From positions 1,280,001-1,344,000 of the forward strand of contig CAXXTB010000002.1 in the NCBI GenBank assembly GCA_963676795.2: 64,000 bases of DNA, read 5' to 3'. The stretch comes from Geopsychrobacteraceae bacterium. Its GTDB lineage: Bacteria; Desulfobacterota; Desulfuromonadia; Desulfuromonadales; Geopsychrobacteraceae. The stretch's first letter is position 1; every line of letters starts with the position of its first letter. Positions 63,359 through 64,000 of this stretch are shown here, piece after piece. Both the position numbers and the translations under genes were made by a program. Below the pieces are notes generated by a model, which was not told the DNA's origin, searched no databases, and worked only from the letters and a program-made list of their open reading frames with translations.

Positions 63359-64000
63359 ATGAGCGCTGATTACAATCTTTATCTGGTCGTACTGGCGGTC
63401 ATTCTCTGTCTTCTGTCATTGTTTCTTTTTTTTCTTGTTCTTTCCTTAGGTCAAAAACTCAAGAAGAGCAGCACCGACCAGCCGGATTCCGTGTTGCTGG
63501 AGAGCCTGCCTATCCCTGTCTTTGTCAAAGGGACCGATGGCCGCTACGGTTATGTCAACCGTGCCTTTGAGGAGTTCTTTGAGACCCGTCGGGAACGGAT
63601 TGTCGGAAAAAAGCCTAAAGACATCCTCTCCCGTCAGGACGCCGAGTTTGTCGCCCTGCAGGACTTTCAACTGCCGGACTCAGGGGGGGGAAGGACCTTT
63701 GAAAGTTATCTGACGACAGTTGGGGGCGAGACCTATAATCTTCTGCTGCGCAAAAAGACGCTGGCAGCCCCGGATGGCAGTATTGCCGGGGTGGCCGGGG
63801 TGATTTTCGATGCAACACATATCGCTGAGTATCAGAGCAAGCTGGAAGATCAGAGGTCGATGTTTCTTTCCGTTGTCGAGAACACCCCTGATATCGTTAT
63901 CCGTTACGATGAACAGGGGCGCAGGACCTATGTCAACCCGGCATTCATCAAGTTTATGGGACTGGCAGAGGAACAGCTGGTCGGCAGCAGTCATTTTCCC
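63359..64000 (+). CDS. Membrane-anchored multi-PAS sensor protein (5' part; runs off window)
   Basis: Manual translation MSADYNLYLVVLAVILCLLSLFLFFLVL...LESLPIPVFVKGTDGRYGYVNRAF...VENTPDIVIRYDEQGRRTYVNPAF; frame open to window end. Confidence 0.85.
   Translation, partial: MSADYNLYLVVLAVILCLLSLFLFFLVLSLGQKLKKSSTDQPDSVLLESLPIPVFVKGTDGRYGYVNRAFEEFFETRRERIVGKKPKDILSRQDAEFVALQDFQLPDSGGGRTFESYLTTVGGETYNLLLRKKTLAAPDGSIAGVAGVIFDATHIAEYQSKLEDQRSMFLSVVENTPDIVIRYDEQGRRTYVNPAFIKFMGLAEEQLVGSSHFP

Noticed and set aside
63522..63713. Apparent frameshift in the terminal PAS gene suggested by short ORF-track entries
   Set aside because: Manual translation from 63359 stays open to the window end; the track omits it because no stop is in the window

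Overview
Mostly core chromosome of a Desulfuromonadales-like deltaproteobacterium (Geobacter/Desulfuromonas/Pelobacter-type gene order, inferred from synteny and protein features), strongly biased to the + strand. It contains holB (partial), rnc-era-der, a three-gene signalling remnant (DUF4388-type protein plus two receiver proteins), infA, leuS-lptE-holA, rpsT, murJ, fxsA, mazG, the run yceD-rpmF-plsX-fab-acpP-rpiB-glyA-deaminase-nrdR-rib-nusB-hom, an acyl-CoA synthetase, tRNA-Val-thrS-infC-rpmI-rplT-pheST-ihfA-merR-surE-pcm-yqaA-nlpD-rpoS-apt, and five tRNA genes. An accessory-rich right third holds ugd, lipB, an HDOD protein, tlyA, a HIT protein, a truncated RelA/SpoT homolog, a polysaccharide deacetylase, a Bax-like glucosaminidase, yjbQ, an acidic lipoprotein, a PEP-CTERM protein, htpG, trmL, modF, two O-acetylhomoserine sulfhydrylases, rqcH and a PAS sensor. 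I saw no CRISPR array, transposase, integrase or prophage. The best leads are: (1) a HIT hydrolase plus a hydrolase-only, synthetase-dead, TGS-retaining RSH operon, bracketed by two members of one inverted-repeat family; (2) three TGT-N11-ACA boxes that suggest a sigma54 regulon linking a PEP-CTERM gene and a 77-aa small protein; (3) duplicated tRNA-Leu units, each trailed by a sequence antisense to its own T-arm; (4) an apparently gutted chemosensory locus. All calls come from reading the sequence by eye; no searches were run.
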